Notes: generated from the sequence alone by a model not told the origin. A stretch of DNA of 64,000 bases from Alphaproteobacteria bacterium (GCA_965227515.1 CBDDFZ010000002.1:224001-288000); one strand, 5' to 3'; shown: positions 47,125 through 57,523, counted from the first letter of the stretch. Numbers and translations: made by a program.

Positions 47125-48215
47125 GTGGCCACGTCCATTGCCATCGTGCTGCCGTCCTTCGCGGGCGGTGGGGCGGAGCGGGTGATGCTCACCCTGGCCG
47201 CGCGGCTCGATCGGACGCGCTTCCACCCGAGCCTGGTCGTGCTCAGCCGCGCTGGCCCATTGCACACGCTCGTGCCCGATGACGTCGTCGTGGAAGCGCT
47301 GGATCGGCCGCGCCTCAGCCGCGCCATACCGGCGCTGTGCCGCGCGCTGCGACGGATGAAACCCGTGATCGTGCTCTCAACCATGGGCTACCTGAATCAG
47401 GGACTGCTGGCGATGAAGCCATTGCTGCCGCGCGGCACCCGCATGGTGGTGCGCGAGGCGAACTTGCCGGCGCTTGGCGTGTCCGGCGGCACCGGGCGGC
47501 TGATGGGGTGGGGTACCGACGGCTCTACCCGCGCGCCAATGCCATCGTCTGCCCGGCGGAGGCGGTGGCGGCGGCGTTGTCGGCGCGCTACGGCACCGAT
47601 CCGGCGCGCATGGATGTGATTTTCAATCCGGTGGACGAGGCGGGCGTGCGGGCGCGCGCGACCCCTGTGATGCGGCATCCAGGCTCGGGACTGCGCATCG
47701 TCGCCAGCGGGCGGCTGCGCGCGCAGAAGGGGTTCGACCGCCTTCTCGACATGCTCGCGACCCTGCCGGACGACACGCACCTGACCATCCTGGGCCAGGG
47801 ACCGGACCGCGACGCTCTGGCGGCGCAGGCGGCGGGGTTGGGGATGGAGGACCGCGTGACGTTCGCCGGATTCAGCGACACCCCCTGGCCGCACTACGCC
47901 GGTGCCGACGTGTTCGCGCTGCCGTCGCGGTGGGAGGGCATGCCGAATGCTGCACTGGAGGCGCTGGCCTGCGGCACGCCGGTGGTGGCGACGCCGGAAG
48001 CGGGCGGCATCGGCGAGATCGCAGTCCAGGCCGACCCCGGCGCGGTGACCATCGCCGAGGCCGGTCCGGACTTCGCGGCGGCGCTGGCAATGCCCCACCC
48101 CGACCATCTACCCGACCATCCGGGCGAGCCGCGTGCCAGCCTGTTGCCGGCCGCCTTTCAGGCCGATGCGGTGATCGCCGCCTACGAGGCGCTGCTGGAA
48201 CGGGTGGCCGCCTGA
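47125..48215 (+). pseudogene. Glycosyltransferase family 4 with a one-base frameshift near 47512 (pseudogene, phase variant or sequencing error)
   Basis: N-half (GGGAERV..., VVREAN) is in one frame and C-half (YRRLYPRA, NPVD, GRL..QKGFD, PSRWEGMPNAALEALACGTPVV) in another; junction at ATG GGG TGG GG TAC. Confidence 0.8.
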
Positions 48216-48216
48216 T

Positions 48217-50067
48217 ATGTGCGGGATCGCCGCCCTGGTCGAACCCGGCCGCACCTTCGACGACCGCCTGATCGACGCCGTCGATCGCGACATGTTCCAT
48301 CGCGGGCCGGATGCCGGCGGGCGGCTGTCGCAGCCTGGCGTCGCCCTGGTCCATCGCCGCCTGTCGATCATCGACCCCACCGCCGCGTCGGACCAGCCGA
48401 TGACCGATCCGTCGGGCACGGTGACCATGGTCTACAACGGCGAGCTCTACAACTACCGCGCGCTGCGGGCCGACCTGGCCGCCGCCGGCCACAATCTGCG
48501 CACCGACGGCGACAGCGAGGCCCTGCTGCTCGGCTATCTGGAGTGGGGCGTCGAGGTCTTCGACCGGGTGGAAGGCATGTTCGCGGTGGCGATGCTCGAC
48601 CGCCGCGATAACTGCATCGTTGCCGCCCGCGATCCGCTGGGCATCAAGCCGCTCTATCTGTGGCAGGCACCCGGCCGCGCGATGCTGGCCAGCGAAGTCC
48701 GCCCGATGCGGCACATGACCGAGCTTGTGCCAGACGAGCAGGCGCTGGCCGAGCTGCTGCATTTCCGCTGGGCCGCCGGCCGCCTCTCCAACTACCGCGG
48801 CATTTCGCAGGTCCCGGGCGGGACCTTGCTGCGCATCGGCCTCGACGATGCCCGGGTCACCGAACGGCGTTTCGCCGATCCACTCGACACGCTGCGGCCG
48901 GACCGGTCCATCGGCGCGGACAGCGCGCTGGAGATGGCGCGTGAGGCGGTGACATCCTCGATCCGCGATCACCTGGCGAGCGACGTCGGCTACACGGTGC
49001 AACTCTCCGGCGGTGTCGACAGCAGCCTGGTCGCCGCCATATCGGCCGAGCACACGCCGCGCTCGCTCAGCACCTTCGCCTTGCATCTGCCGGGCTATGC
49101 GCACGACGAGCGGCAGTGGCGCGACATGCTGCTGGCGCGCTACGCCTTCGACCATCATGAGATCGAAGTCTCGGGCCGCGACTTCGCCGATGCGCTGCCG
49201 CGCGCGGTCGCACACATGGAGGGGCCAAGTCCCCACCTGGGCTGCGTGCTGCTGATGCGGCTGTGCGACAGCATCGCGCGCACTTCGAAGGTGGTGCTGA
49301 CCGGGGAAGGCGCCGACGAGTTCTTCGGCGGCTATTTCCGCTATGGCGAATGGCGCAAGACCGCGTTGCAGGCATGGCTCGCCAAGGCGCTGCCGACCCG
49401 CCTGCTGCCGGACCGGTGGCCGTTCGCGGGTATTCGCCGGCTGGCCGGTTTCGACGCCGCCGCCATGGGCGGGGTCTATCATGCCGTCGACACCATGATG
49501 GCGCTGTTCCCCGGCCTGTCGCCCGTCGCCGGCGCGCGCGAGGCGGCAAGCGCCCGCTTCGACAGCTTCATCGAGCGGCTGTTCGCGGTCGACCAGTCCG
49601 CCTATCTGGACTCCCTGCTGTTGCGCCAGGACAAGATGGCGATGGCCGCCTCGGTGGAGGCGCGCGTCCCCTTCGTGCACATGCCGCTGGCCCGGGTGAT
49701 GAACCGCATCCCGCGCGGCATCGTCGCGCCGGGGCGTGGCCAGACCAAGCCGCTGCTGAAGAAGATCGCCGAGCCGCACGTGCCGCACGAGGTGCTGTAC
49801 CGGCGCAAGGTCGGGCTCAGGCTGCCGGTCGACCAGTGGCTGCAGGATGCCGATGGTCTGGGCCGCTATGTCGACGACGTGACGTCGCCGTCGTCGCGGC
49901 TGGCCGCCTATGCCGATCGCGGCCGGCTGGCGGCGCTGGCCGACGGCACGCGCCGCGGCGACCCGCAGGCCGCAGGCGTGATGGTGCAGCTTGTCAATGT
50001 GGAGGCATGGCTGCGCGCGATCCCGGCCTCGGAGCATCTCGCGACACATGCGCCGCTGGCCGTGTAG
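48217..50067 (+). CDS. asnB: Asparagine synthase (glutamine-hydrolysing) family amidotransferase
   Basis: MCGI (Ntn Cys), HRGPD, RRLSIID, YNGELYNY, RDPLGIKPLY, LSGGVDSS, LTGEGADEFFGGY, DKMAMAASVEARVPF. Confidence 0.94.
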   Translation: MCGIAALVEPGRTFDDRLIDAVDRDMFHRGPDAGGRLSQPGVALVHRRLSIIDPTAASDQPMTDPSGTVTMVYNGELYNYRALRADLAAAGHNLRTDGDSEALLLGYLEWGVEVFDRVEGMFAVAMLDRRDNCIVAARDPLGIKPLYLWQAPGRAMLASEVRPMRHMTELVPDEQALAELLHFRWAAGRLSNYRGISQVPGGTLLRIGLDDARVTERRFADPLDTLRPDRSIGADSALEMAREAVTSSIRDHLASDVGYTVQLSGGVDSSLVAAISAEHTPRSLSTFALHLPGYAHDERQWRDMLLARYAFDHHEIEVSGRDFADALPRAVAHMEGPSPHLGCVLLMRLCDSIARTSKVVLTGEGADEFFGGYFRYGEWRKTALQAWLAKALPTRLLPDRWPFAGIRRLAGFDAAAMGGVYHAVDTMMALFPGLSPVAGAREAASARFDSFIERLFAVDQSAYLDSLLLRQDKMAMAASVEARVPFVHMPLARVMNRIPRGIVAPGRGQTKPLLKKIAEPHVPHEVLYRRKVGLRLPVDQWLQDADGLGRYVDDVTSPSSRLAAYADRGRLAALADGTRRGDPQAAGVMVQLVNVEAWLRAIPASEHLATHAPLAV

Positions 50068-50178
50068 GCCGTGACCGTTCAATAATTCGAGTGACGATTT
50101 TTTAGAACAAATCATAAACTTACACATTTCGTTGCCAGTCATTGTCAAACGGTTCAAACGGTTCTTTGATGAACCGCC

Positions 50179-50946
50179 ATGGATCTGATCGACGACATTC
50201 GCGGGCACCTGGCAGACCCGCCCGATCCCACTGCTCCCCTTTACATTCGCCTGGCCGAGGCCATTCGCGCCGGCCTCAGCGGCGACCGGCATGGCGTGGG
50301 CACGACCCTGCCGGGCGAACGGCGCCTGGCCGAGGGGCTGGGCATCTCGCGCGTCACGGTCCGCAAGGCGATCGACCGGCTGGTGTCCGAGCGCAGCCTG
50401 GTGCGCCGGCATGGCGCGCGCACGGTTGCCGCGGCGCGGGTCGAGAAGTCGCTGTCGCGGCTGACCAGCTTTTCCGAAGACATTCGCGCGCGCGGCTCGG
50501 TGCCTGGCGCGGTCTGGATTTCCCGGACCACCGGGCGGGCCACCGCCGACGAGCGGGCGGCGTTGTGCCTGGCGCGCGACGACAAGGTCTGCCGCATGGT
50601 GCGGCTGCGCACCGCCGACGGCGAGCCGCTGGCCATCGAGCGCTCGACAGTGCCGTGCGCGATATTGCGGTCGCCCGATCTGGTGCGCACCTCGCTCTAT
50701 GCCGTGTTGCAAGCCGCGGGGGCCGAGCCGGCGCGGGCCGTACAGCGCCTGCATGCCGCCACCACCACGGCGGAGGACGCGCGCCACCTGGGCTGCGGCG
50801 TCGGCGAGGCGCTGCTGGTGATCGAGCGCCGCTGCTACCTGGCGGATGGGCGCGCGGTCGAGCTGTGCGAGACCCGCTATCGCGGCGATGCCTACGATTT
50901 CGCCGTGGAACTCTCGCGTGGCCCGGGCCTGCCGTTCCCGGTTTGA
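50179..50946 (+). CDS. GntR/HutC family transcriptional regulator with UTRA domain (NagQ-like)
   Basis: PLY..., LPGER.LAE.LGISRVTVRKA HTH, LTSFSED, RLR.ADGEPLAIE, YRGDAYDF. Confidence 0.92.
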   Translation: MDLIDDIRGHLADPPDPTAPLYIRLAEAIRAGLSGDRHGVGTTLPGERRLAEGLGISRVTVRKAIDRLVSERSLVRRHGARTVAAARVEKSLSRLTSFSEDIRARGSVPGAVWISRTTGRATADERAALCLARDDKVCRMVRLRTADGEPLAIERSTVPCAILRSPDLVRTSLYAVLQAAGAEPARAVQRLHAATTTAEDARHLGCGVGEALLVIERRCYLADGRAVELCETRYRGDAYDFAVELSRGPGLPFPV

Positions 50947-50981
50947 GTCAAGGCCGGCCCGGTCTGACATGCCAATCCCGA

Positions 50982-51019
50982 TTGACGTCGCGTGACCAGT
51001 CCAGTTTAATACCACTGGT
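50982..51019 (+). promoter_or_regulatory. Putative sigma70 promoter of the nanE operon overlapped by a candidate GntR operator
   Basis: TTGACG (50982-87), 17-bp spacer, TTTAAT (51005-10); overlapping AATACCA (TGGTATT on the - strand) within ACCAGT...ACTGGT symmetry. Confidence 0.55.
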
Positions 51020-51063
51020 GGCGCCTGTAACGGACGCCACCGTGCGCAGGGGGATGGCAACGC

Positions 51064-51774
51064 ATGCAGGCGACCGACTTCGTTGAGCGTGTGCGCGGCC
51101 GGCTGATCGTCTCGTGCCAGCCGGTGATCGGCGGCCCCCTGGATACCATCGAGTTCATCGTTGCCATGGCGCGGGCCGCACTCGACGGCGGGGCTGCGGG
51201 CCTGCGCATCCAGGGCGCCGAGGCGATTGCGGCGGTCCGGGCGGCCACCGATGCCCCGATGATCGGGTTGATCAAGCGTGACCGCACCGACAGCCCGTGC
51301 CGCATCACCGCCACCGTGGATGACGTCCAGGCCGTGGCCGCCGCCGGCGCCGACGCGGTCGCCTTCGACGCGACCCGGCGTGTGCGCCCCGACCCCGTCG
51401 CAGCACTGAGCGACGCGGCCCATGTGGCGGGCGCGCTGGCGTTTGCCGATTGTGCCGACATCGACGATGCCCGCGCGGCCGTCGACGCCGGTTGCGACAT
51501 CGTCGGCCCGACGCTGTCCGGTTACACCGGTGGCCCGCCACGCACCGCACCGGACCTTGCGCTGATCGCGGCGATGGCGGACCTGACCCCCAATGTGATT
51601 GCCGAGGGCAATGTGCGCACGCCGGAGCACGCGGCGGCAGCCATTGCGGCGGGGGCCGCTGCCGTGGTCGTCGGTTCGGCCATCACCCGGCCCGAGCACA
51701 TCACCGGCTGGTTTGTTCAGGCGATCGAGACCGCGGCCGCCGGTGCACCGCCATCCAGGGCCGCCGGCGCATGA
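51064..51774 (+). CDS. nanE: N-acetylmannosamine-6-phosphate 2-epimerase
   Basis: LIVSCQP...PL, MARAA..GGA.GLR, IGLIKRD, RIT, FDAT.R.RP, TLSGYT, IAEG, VVVGSAITRPEHIT.WF. Confidence 0.94.
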   Translation: MQATDFVERVRGRLIVSCQPVIGGPLDTIEFIVAMARAALDGGAAGLRIQGAEAIAAVRAATDAPMIGLIKRDRTDSPCRITATVDDVQAVAAAGADAVAFDATRRVRPDPVAALSDAAHVAGALAFADCADIDDARAAVDAGCDIVGPTLSGYTGGPPRTAPDLALIAAMADLTPNVIAEGNVRTPEHAAAAIAAGAAAVVVGSAITRPEHITGWFVQAIETAAAGAPPSRAAGA

Positions 51775-52700
51775 GCCACGACACGCAGCAGGACACCGCA
51801 TTGGGTGTCGACATCGGCGGCACCAAGACGCTCGCCGGTCTTGTCGCCGAGGGCCACGTCCTGGCGCGCGACCTGAGACCGACGGCGCGCGATGCCGGCG
51901 CCGACGACTGGATGGCGGCGACTGCCGGCCTGGCGCAGAACTGGCCGGGGCGGTTCGGCTGCGCCGGCGTGGCGGTGACCGGAGTGGTCGCGGACGGGCT
52001 CTGGTCGCCGCTCAATCCCGGCATCTTGAACGTGCCGCCGGGCTTCCCGCTGGTCGCGCGGCTGGAACAGTTGCTCGGCGTGCCGGTGCTGGCGGTCAAC
52101 GATGCGCAGGCGGCGGCCTGGGGCGAGTTCCGGCACGGTGCCGGCCGTGGCACGTCCTCGTTGGTGTTCGCCACCGTGTCGACCGGGCTCGGCGGCGGCG
52201 TGATCGTCGACGGCAAACTCGTCGTCGGACGGCGGGGCGTCGCCGGCAGCCTGGGCCAGCTCGCACCTCGCGCGCCGGATGCGGTGAGGATGGAGGACAC
52301 GCTGTCGGGCCAGTGGATGGCATGGCAGGCCGCGGCCGATGGCCACGACCTGGATGCCGCAGGCGTGCTCGCGGCGGCGGACGCGCGCGAGGACTGGGCG
52401 GAGCACATCGTCGGCCAGTCGGTCGAGCGGCTGTCGACCCTGCTCGCCGACCTGCACTACCTGCTCGACCCCGACCGCATCATCATCGGCGGTGGCCTCG
52501 GCCTGCGGCCCACCTACCTGGACCGGCTGCGCGCACGCGTGGCCGCCACCCGCACCCATGCCGCCATCGACATCGTGCCGGCCGCGCTTGGCGCCGACGC
52601 CGGCATCGTCGGCGCGGCGGATCTGGCGGCGGCGCGCTTCCAGTCATCGACAATGCAACCAGAACCACGAACAGAGGAGAGCCGAGAATGCGCACACTGA
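51771..52700 (+). CDS. ROK family sugar kinase (NanK-like)
   Basis: DIGGTK, NDAQAAAWGE, TVSTGLGGG, IIGGG.G, AGIVGAA; adjacent to nanE. Confidence 0.88.
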   Translation: MSHDTQQDTALGVDIGGTKTLAGLVAEGHVLARDLRPTARDAGADDWMAATAGLAQNWPGRFGCAGVAVTGVVADGLWSPLNPGILNVPPGFPLVARLEQLLGVPVLAVNDAQAAAWGEFRHGAGRGTSSLVFATVSTGLGGGVIVDGKLVVGRRGVAGSLGQLAPRAPDAVRMEDTLSGQWMAWQAAADGHDLDAAGVLAAADAREDWAEHIVGQSVERLSTLLADLHYLLDPDRIIIGGGLGLRPTYLDRLRARVAATRTHAAIDIVPAALGADAGIVGAADLAAARFQSSTMQPEPRTEESRECAH

Positions 52701-54013
52701 GGAACCGACTGGCGGTGTCCACCGCGGTCGTCGCAATGCTGTCGGCGGGGGCCGCACAGGCGGACGTAACGGTGCTCGGTTGGCCGGGCGGGCCGGAGGA
52801 GGAGGCGATCCGCGTGGCGGCCGCCACCTATAACGAGCTGCCGACCACGGCCGAGGAAGACATGGTCGATGTCATCTTCTTCAACCGTGACGGCTTCTGG
52901 GACAAGCTGCAGGCCGACATGGCGGCCGGCACGACCGAGTTCGACATCAACCTGACCGCAACCTACGCCGTCGGCCGCTATTCGCCGTTCATGACGCCGC
53001 TGGACCTGCCGGAAAGCGCGGCGGACGTGTTCGGGGAAAGCGTGCTCAAGACCATGCAGTACGAGGGTGTGCAGTACGGCGTGCCGGTCGAGCTGTCGCT
53101 TCACTTCATGTACTTCCGCAGCGACCTGATCGACGAGCTGCTGAGCAATGCCGACTGGCAGGCGCGCTACGGCGAGATCAGTGCGGAGCATATGGGCACG
53201 GCAATGACGCCCAAGGCGCCTGACGAGTGGACCTGGGACGACTACGCCGCCACGGCGCTCTTTTTCACCCAGAGCATCAACGAGGACAGCCCGGTCCGCT
53301 ACGGCACCGTGCTGCAGATGAAGAACCTGCTGTTCAACATGATGATCTGGCACTCGACCGCCCGCTCGGAGGGTGGCGACTGGATGGACGCGGACGGCAA
53401 CATCACCGTCGACTCCGACGCCTTCCGCCAGGGCCTTGAACTCTACAAGATGCTCTACGATGCCGGCGCCAGCCCGCGCGATTCGCTGAGCTACGAGTAT
53501 GCCGAGGCCAATTCCGCCTTCGGCTCCGGCCAGGCGGCGACCATGCTGCAGTGGAACGCGGCGGCGACCGATCTGCTCGATCCGGTGAAGACACCGGCAG
53601 TGGCCGAGGTGACCGGCACCGTTGCCCCGCCGGCCGGCTCCCAGGGCCGCTTCACCCATATCCATGGCCTCGGGTTCGGCATCAATGCCAATGCCGAGAA
53701 CCCGGAGGGTGCGAAGCGGTTCCTCGACTGGCTGGCGTCCGAGGAGGCGATGCTGATCTATGCCGTCGCCGGCGGCTCGCCCGCGCTGTCGCCTGATGTG
53801 GTCGGCCAGATCGCCGAGGAGCGCCCGCCGCTGGTCTCGCTGGGCAGCTATGCCGGCGACTACGGCTTCGTGATGAACGGCGGCACGGCGGAATCGGCGC
53901 TCAGCGTCTATGAGCTGCAGGCGCAGGAGTTCACCGGCTACTGGGCCGGCGAGCAGTCGCTCGACGACGCTCTTGCCAATGTCGAAGCCGGCATGGCTGA
54001 GCTGTTGAAGTGA
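52688..54013 (+). CDS. Carbohydrate ABC transporter substrate-binding protein
   Basis: Signal peptide ending AQA, YGVP, YFRSDL, P..WTWDDY, F.SGQAA....W; RBS GAGGAG. Confidence 0.9.
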   Translation: MRTLRNRLAVSTAVVAMLSAGAAQADVTVLGWPGGPEEEAIRVAAATYNELPTTAEEDMVDVIFFNRDGFWDKLQADMAAGTTEFDINLTATYAVGRYSPFMTPLDLPESAADVFGESVLKTMQYEGVQYGVPVELSLHFMYFRSDLIDELLSNADWQARYGEISAEHMGTAMTPKAPDEWTWDDYAATALFFTQSINEDSPVRYGTVLQMKNLLFNMMIWHSTARSEGGDWMDADGNITVDSDAFRQGLELYKMLYDAGASPRDSLSYEYAEANSAFGSGQAATMLQWNAAATDLLDPVKTPAVAEVTGTVAPPAGSQGRFTHIHGLGFGINANAENPEGAKRFLDWLASEEAMLIYAVAGGSPALSPDVVGQIAEERPPLVSLGSYAGDYGFVMNGGTAESALSVYELQAQEFTGYWAGEQSLDDALANVEAGMAELLK

Positions 54014-54023
54014 CGCATTGTTT

Positions 54024-54051
54024 GGCGGGGGTGCCTTCCGGCGCCTCCGCC
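54024..54051 (+). terminator. GC-rich stem-loop after the SBP gene (mRNA-stabilising or terminator-like)
   Basis: ggcgggggtgcc-ttcc-ggcgcctccgcc stem with G-U pairs; no clear U-tract. Confidence 0.45.
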
Positions 54052-54066
54052 TCGCAGACAAACGCT

Positions 54067-54412
54067 TCGTCGCCCTCGCCATGAAGCTACTGAATTCAGA
54101 TGTTTTGGCGGTCGGCGATCATATCTCCTCTCCCCACCGCGTGGCGGTGCGGGAGAGGAAGGGGCCCAGCCGAAGGCTGGGAAGGTGAGGGGCGTGGCGC
54201 AATTGGTTGCGATCTCACGATGCCGGGGGCAAGCGGATGACGTTCTTGTCCGCAATTCCGTGAGGACGTATCAACCGGGGCCCCGGCCCTCACCCTCCCG
54301 CAAACCTACGGTTCGCGGGCCCCTCCCTCTCCCGCGCGTTCCGCTGGGAGAGGGGAAGTGAAGGCAATCCGGAGTTGTGGGCATGCCGTAGCCACAAGGG
54401 CGAGGACGACGA
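54067..54412. repeat. Composite nested REP-like palindrome
   Basis: Outer ends tcgtcgccctcgcc (54067-80) and gccacaagggcgaggacgacga (54391-412) match the 24502-24638 element; the inner pair (54125-54192 and 54287-54356) belongs to the CCCTCACCC/CTCTCCC..GGGAGAGG family. Confidence 0.8.
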
Positions 54413-54425
54413 AGGTGCACTGTTG

Positions 54426-55295
54426 GTGAACCGAAAGCGACACCCGGAATCCGTGCCGCTGATTGCGCCGGTCACCGGCTTCCTGCTGCTGTTCCTGGCC
54501 TTCCCGCTGATCGTCAACATGGTCTACAGCGTGTCGCAGGTCTCGTTCGAGAACCTGCGCGCGCCAGAGATCGAGGGCTTCGGCAACTACGTCGAGGTGC
54601 TGGGCGACGAGCGATTCTGGCAGGCCACCGGCTTCTCGTTCAAGTTCGGCCTGCTGACCGCGACGGTCGAAACCGTGCTCGGGCTGGCGCTGGCGGTGTT
54701 CCTGGCCCCGCTGCTGAACAAGCGTCCCTGGCTGATGGCCATCCTGATGATGCCGATGATGGTGGCGCCGGCCATGGTCGGGCTGATGTACCGCCTGGTG
54801 CTGCACGAGTTCGTCGGCCCGGTGCCGCATTATTTATGGACATGGTTCGGCGACAGCCCGTCGTTCCTGGATGCGCAGTCCGCGTTCTGGACCCTGACCG
54901 TCATCGAGACGCTGCAGTGGACCCCGTTCGCGCTGGTCATTCTCTACAGCGCCTACCAGTCGATCCCGTCGGCGGTGGTGGAGGCCGCGCGGATCGACGG
55001 CGCCAGCCCACTGCAGAATTTCATGCGCATCGAGCTGCCGCTCTTGATGCCGACCCTGGTCGCCGTCGCGATGATCCGGTTCATCGATGGCTTCCGGGTG
55101 TTCGACAATGTGTACACCCTGACCGGTTCCGGGGCCGGCGGGTCGACCACCAGCCTGTCGATCTACATCTACCTCGCCTTCTTCCGCGAGGGCGCGATCG
55201 GCAAGGCCGTGGCCGCCTCCATCGTGTTGCTGGTCGTCTCGTTCCTGGTCCTCTACCTGATCAATCGCCTGGCGATGCGGCGGGCGGTCACATGA
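54426..55295 (+). CDS. Carbohydrate ABC transporter permease (MalF-like)
   Basis: G.GNY..VL.D..FW, PMMVAP..VGL, QWTPF, EAARIDGAS motif; start approximate. Confidence 0.92.
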   Translation: MNRKRHPESVPLIAPVTGFLLLFLAFPLIVNMVYSVSQVSFENLRAPEIEGFGNYVEVLGDERFWQATGFSFKFGLLTATVETVLGLALAVFLAPLLNKRPWLMAILMMPMMVAPAMVGLMYRLVLHEFVGPVPHYLWTWFGDSPSFLDAQSAFWTLTVIETLQWTPFALVILYSAYQSIPSAVVEAARIDGASPLQNFMRIELPLLMPTLVAVAMIRFIDGFRVFDNVYTLTGSGAGGSTTSLSIYIYLAFFREGAIGKAVAASIVLLVVSFLVLYLINRLAMRRAVT

Positions 55296-55308
55296 GGCGG
55301 GCGGCCAC

Positions 55309-56139
55309 ATGAGGCACGTGCTCCATGCATCGCGCTGGGTCGTGTTCGTCATCTTTGCCCTGGCGATGAACATTCCGGTGATCGTGACCCTGATCACCTC
55401 CCTGAAGACGCCGGCCGAGATCTCGGTCAACGCCAGCCTGTGGATCGACGCGCCGACGCTGTCGAACTACGTGCGCGTATTCGAGCAAAGCGACCGGTTC
55501 GATGCGCTGGGCTATCTGTTGAACAGCCTGGCCGCCGCCGGTTTCGGCGCGATTGCCGCGATCCTGCTGGCGCTGCCGGCCGCCTATGCGATGGCGCGCC
55601 ACGGGGTCGGCCGCAACCTGCTGCTGCCGGCGATCCTGAACCTGCGCGCGGTGCCGCTGATCATCTTCGCGATCCCGATCTACATGATGTATCAGTGGCT
55701 TGGCCTGCTCGACACCCAGATCGGCCTCGGCCTGATCCTGACCATCGTCAACCTGCCGCTGGCGCTGATCATGCTGGTCAATGCCATCGACGCGGTGCCG
55801 GAGGAACTGGACGAGGCAGCGCGCATCGACGGTGCCAACGTCTGGACCGTCTTGACCCGCGTCATCGCCCCGATGTGCAGCGCGACCCTGGCCGCGACCC
55901 TGATTTTCGGGTTCATCACCGCATGGAACGAGTTCCTGTTCGGCCTGATGCTGACCACCCGGTCGGCCGTCCCGATGACGGTGGGCGCGTCGTTCTTCTT
56001 CGCGGCCAGCGGCGGCGGCGTCGACTGGGGCACGGCGGCGGCGGTGATGATCATCGGGGCGCTGCCCCCCACCTTGCTCGGCCTGCTGATGTATCGGCAG
56101 ATCGGCCGCTCGCTGTCGGCCGGCGCGGTGAAGGGATAG
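55309..56139 (+). CDS. Carbohydrate ABC transporter permease (MalG-like)
   Basis: TSLK, NSL, PAAYA, ELDEAARIDGA, AWNEFLF, GAVKG end. Confidence 0.93.
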   Translation: MRHVLHASRWVVFVIFALAMNIPVIVTLITSLKTPAEISVNASLWIDAPTLSNYVRVFEQSDRFDALGYLLNSLAAAGFGAIAAILLALPAAYAMARHGVGRNLLLPAILNLRAVPLIIFAIPIYMMYQWLGLLDTQIGLGLILTIVNLPLALIMLVNAIDAVPEELDEAARIDGANVWTVLTRVIAPMCSATLAATLIFGFITAWNEFLFGLMLTTRSAVPMTVGASFFFAASGGGVDWGTAAAVMIIGALPPTLLGLLMYRQIGRSLSAGAVKG

Positions 56140-56277
56140 GTGAACAGGACGAATCCATCGGCTGGCCACGTCGCGGCTTGGGTGCTACAGAGCGCGGTCT
56201 TGAAGGGGGAAGCGGTGCCGGCCGACACACGCCAAAGCGATATCGATTCAGGAAAGCCTGCGGGCGCCACGCGCGCC

Positions 56278-57351
<1,074 letters not shown>

Positions 57352-57375
57352 TTTTTTGCATGCGCGAAGTCGGCT

Positions 57376-57447
57376 CCAGCCCGCACCCCCTCCCGGCCAC
57401 CCAACGATAGTATGCTGTCTGGGTGGCCGGGAGGGGGTGCGGGCTGG
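57376..57447. repeat. Perfect 28-bp inverted repeat (intergenic hairpin)
   Basis: ccagcccgcaccccctcccggccaccca (57376-57403) and tgggtggccgggagggggtgcgggctgg (57420-57447), 16-nt loop. Confidence 0.9.
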
Positions 57448-57523
57448 CGCAGATCAAACGCCAAGAGTCCTAGCTTTTTGCATCAGCCAAGCACCTGACA
57501 GTCATCAACAAGGGGGAGCTTCC

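Noticed and set aside
47872-51801. 1309-aa minus-strand ORF
   Set aside because: Antisense shadow of asnB, gntR and nanE in high-GC DNA; no motifs, Arg/Ala/Gly-rich.
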